This document shows positions 61,240 to 64,000 of a stretch of 64,000 nucleotides of DNA, in pieces. The stretch is from Macrostomum lignano (lineage: Eukaryota). Both the position numbers and the translations under genes were made by a program. The first letter of the stretch is position 1, and every line of letters starts with the position of its first letter. The notes under the pieces were generated by a model. That model did no database searches and had not been told where the DNA came from. It saw only the letters and a program-made list of their open reading frames with translations. Location of the stretch: assembly GCA_002269645.1 (NCBI GenBank), contig NIVC01000073.1, forward strand, positions 806,001 through 870,000, given 5' to 3'.

Positions 61240-64000
61240 ATGATGCATCATCGGATTTTAGCTGTCCGTAAGGGCTATATGCGCACTGCTGCCCGCCGGC
61301 TCAAACAAGACTCGCGGCCTGCCCAGCCGGAGCCTGCTAGAGGACTGGACACATTATCCTCGCCAGTCCCCCGCACTGCACCCGCTAGCAGAACAATCGA
61401 GAAATTTGAAAGTCAAAACCAGCTTGATAACTGCACAAGACTTGCTACCTTCAACGCACGAACGCTCACTGCCTCCTGGAGACTGCATGAGCTAACCAAG
61501 CTGGCAAAGAGCATGAACATCTCCATTCTGGCTGTCCAAGAACACCGCAGGAGCTCCGAAGATTGCGTTGATCCAGGCCTTGGCTGGCAGTTCCGAGCCG
61601 CTCCAGCCTCAGCCCAGGGCTCTGGAGGCATCGGGTTTCTGCTGTCACCTGGTGCCTCAAGGGCCCTTCTGAATATCAGCTTCCCAACCGACCGCCTTGG
61701 CATTGCCTCTCTTGCCACAAAGGACAGGCGCCTTCATGTAATCTGCGTCTACGCCCCCACAGCCCCCCGCACAGCTGCTGATCCTACCGAGACTGAGTCA
61801 ATGTATGACCACCTGGGATCACTCATCAACTCGGTCCCTGATCGCGACCTGCTTTTTGTGGCTGGAGACTTCAACGCGCCACTGTCCCCTGACGGCCGTC
61901 TAGTGAAGAACAACTGCGGCTCCACCAACACCAACTCGGACTTCCTGTCAACTTTCATTCACTCTCAAGACCTGATTGCAGCCAATGGTGTCATGCGGCA
62001 GCGGTACAACAAGCTGCCCACCTTCTTCGGCCCAAATGGACGGACCACCAGGCTGGACTGGATTTTGTGCCCAACGGCAATCAGGTCTCGACTGCGCAAA
62101 GTGGTCAATATCCGCCCCAGCTGCGTGAGGTCCGACCATTCTCTGCTGGCCTGCGACATCGACTGCCGTTGGAAAAAGTTCAAGGCTGGCCCACCGCACC
62201 CCCTCTGGGCAGATCTGAGAAACCCAGACACGCGCAGTGCGTTCATTGAAAAGCTGCAAAATGCTACTCCGGCCCTGAATGAATCGGCGGACGCCTTCAC
62301 CAGAGCTGTTGAGAAAGCTGCCTCGACCCTACCAAAACGAACACCGCACCAGCCAAAAGCCGCCTGGGACTCCGACGAGGAGATCTCCATCGCTAGGCGC
62401 GACGTGCAAAGAACAACCGCAGTCTTTGGCCAAGACAGTGAGCAGGCTGAAACAGCCCGGGCCCATCTTCGCGACACGCATGCCCGGAGGACCGAAGCCT
62501 TTGTCCAGGAGGCTGTTGCTGAGATTCAACTAGCAACAGACAACTGCCGGCACACAGCGGCCTGGCGCGCCATCAACCGCCTGACTGGCAGGAAGCAGAG
62601 GCCCAATGCCGCTGTAGGTGCTGAGTCTATACACCATCGCAAAGCCCTGCTGGCCACTCACTATCACAATGTGCTCAACGCCTCACCACCCTCTGCTGAT
62701 TTGCTACCGATCGAAAACTTTACCCCGGCCGAGCCCTTGGCTTTTAACTCCGGCCCGCTGACTGCCTACGAGGTGAACCGAGTGCTCAGAACCATGCGCC
62801 CCGACGCTGCCGCCGGAGTAGATGGCATTCCACCCAGGGTGCTCAAGCTGCCAGAGCTGACACAGGACATCACAGCTGTGCTCAACAAGCACTGTCCGCT
62901 TGGAGGCAACCCAGGTGCTACTGCTGCTGACAGCTGGCGCACCTCTAAGATCGTCTCCATCCCCAAGAAGGGCGCATCCACCAGTCTGGACAACCAACGC
63001 GGCATCGCTCTGGAATGCACTCTGGCTAAGCTGCTCAATGCTATACTGCGTAATCGGCTGCTGCCTGGCCTCAACCAAATGATCCTGAGCCTCCAAAGTG
63101 GCTTCAGGCCCGGTCGCTCGACAACAGAGCAGATTGCAGCCCTTCGAGCAGTCGTCGAGGCCTGTAAAACTCACCAAAGAGCTGTGTCAATTGTCTTTGT
63201 GGACTTCCGCAAAGCTTTTGACTCAGTGTGCCGGCGCGCGATCGCGTGGCTGCTCGAACACTATGGCGTCCCCCCGGCTCTTATCGTTGCAGTGATGGAC
63301 CTCTACAACAACAGCAAAGCCTTTGTCCAAACCAGCGATGGCCCAACTGAGGACTTCTGCACCAGCTCTGGAGTCCTCCAAGGTGACACGTTGGCTCCAC
63401 TGCTCTTCATCCTTGTCGTCGACTACGTGCTGCGCCGAAGCCTCACAGAGGAGGACAGCTACCTGCTGGCGTCACGCCGGAGCTCCCGCTGCGGTGCTGC
63501 CCCTCTGCCCGCCCTCGCATACGCCGACGACATCGCCCTGCTGTGCCGCAGTCCGACTGCCGCCCAGAGAGCGCTCTCGAGACTCTATGAGGAGAGCGCC
63601 CGAGTCGGACTGCAAATCAACGCACGCAAGACGGAAGTGCTGCACGTGGGCACCGATGCAGCACCAATCCTGACCCTACCAGATGGACAAGTCATTTCAG
63701 CCTGCAGAGACTTCCGGTACCTGGGCTCCTTCGTGATGAGCCCTGACTCCATCATCGCCGACCGGAGGTCACAGGCCTGGCGCGCGGCTCATCTCCTCAG
63801 GGAGGTCTTCAGCTCAGCTGCCAACGACGACCTGAAGATGCGCCTGTTCCGCGCTGCCGTAGAGCCAATCTTCCTGTACGGACTGGAGGCAGTGCCAATG
63901 ACCGACTCGAGGTCCCGAGCCCTGGACGCTGCCTACCGATCGCTGCTGCGGTTCGCCCTTGGCATCCATTACCCAGAGCGGCTGCCAACGGACCAGCTGA
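61240..64000 (+). mobile_element. RTE-type non-LTR retrotransposon, single APE-RT ORF running off the window
   Basis: From ATG 61240, one frame carries LATFNARTL, LAVQEHR, RLDWIL, SDHSLL (endonuclease) and QSGFRPGRST, FVDFRKAFDSV, GVLQGDTLAP, YADD (RT); no stop seen in spot-checked segments. Confidence 0.92.

Overview
Repeat-rich, intron-containing animal (probably invertebrate) genomic DNA. Minisatellite-filled introns resemble the flatworm Macrostomum, but that assignment is unverified. Left to right: (1) the 5' exons of a GT32/SUR1-like glycosyltransferase (-). (2) An ~8.4 kb tyrosine-recombinase (Crypton-like) element, 1675-10111. It splits the left TIR of a deleted IS630/Tc1 element, and its spliced gene contains six near-identical tandem 150-bp exons. 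(3) Minisatellites and MITEs. (4) Mff/Tango11 (+, 2 coding exons). (5) An MTRR-like diflavin reductase (+, 5 exons). (6) Two tandem minus-strand paralogues, A (29984-50009) and B (51881-60784), encoding large proteins: helical solenoid - coiled coil - Death - TIR - TIR - Ala-rich spacer - polybasic CaaL. Their N-termini are highly diverged, while the Death/TIR halves are almost identical even in introns. Copy A is interrupted inside a coding exon by a young 9.8 kb Ty3/Gypsy element (near-identical 1055-bp LTRs, CTTC TSD, -1 frameshift signal). (7) An apparently intact RTE-type LINE ORF running off the right edge. The two best candidates for an undescribed system are the SARM1-analogous Death-TIR-TIR-CaaX pair and the YR element. 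All calls come from reading motifs by eye; no searches were run.
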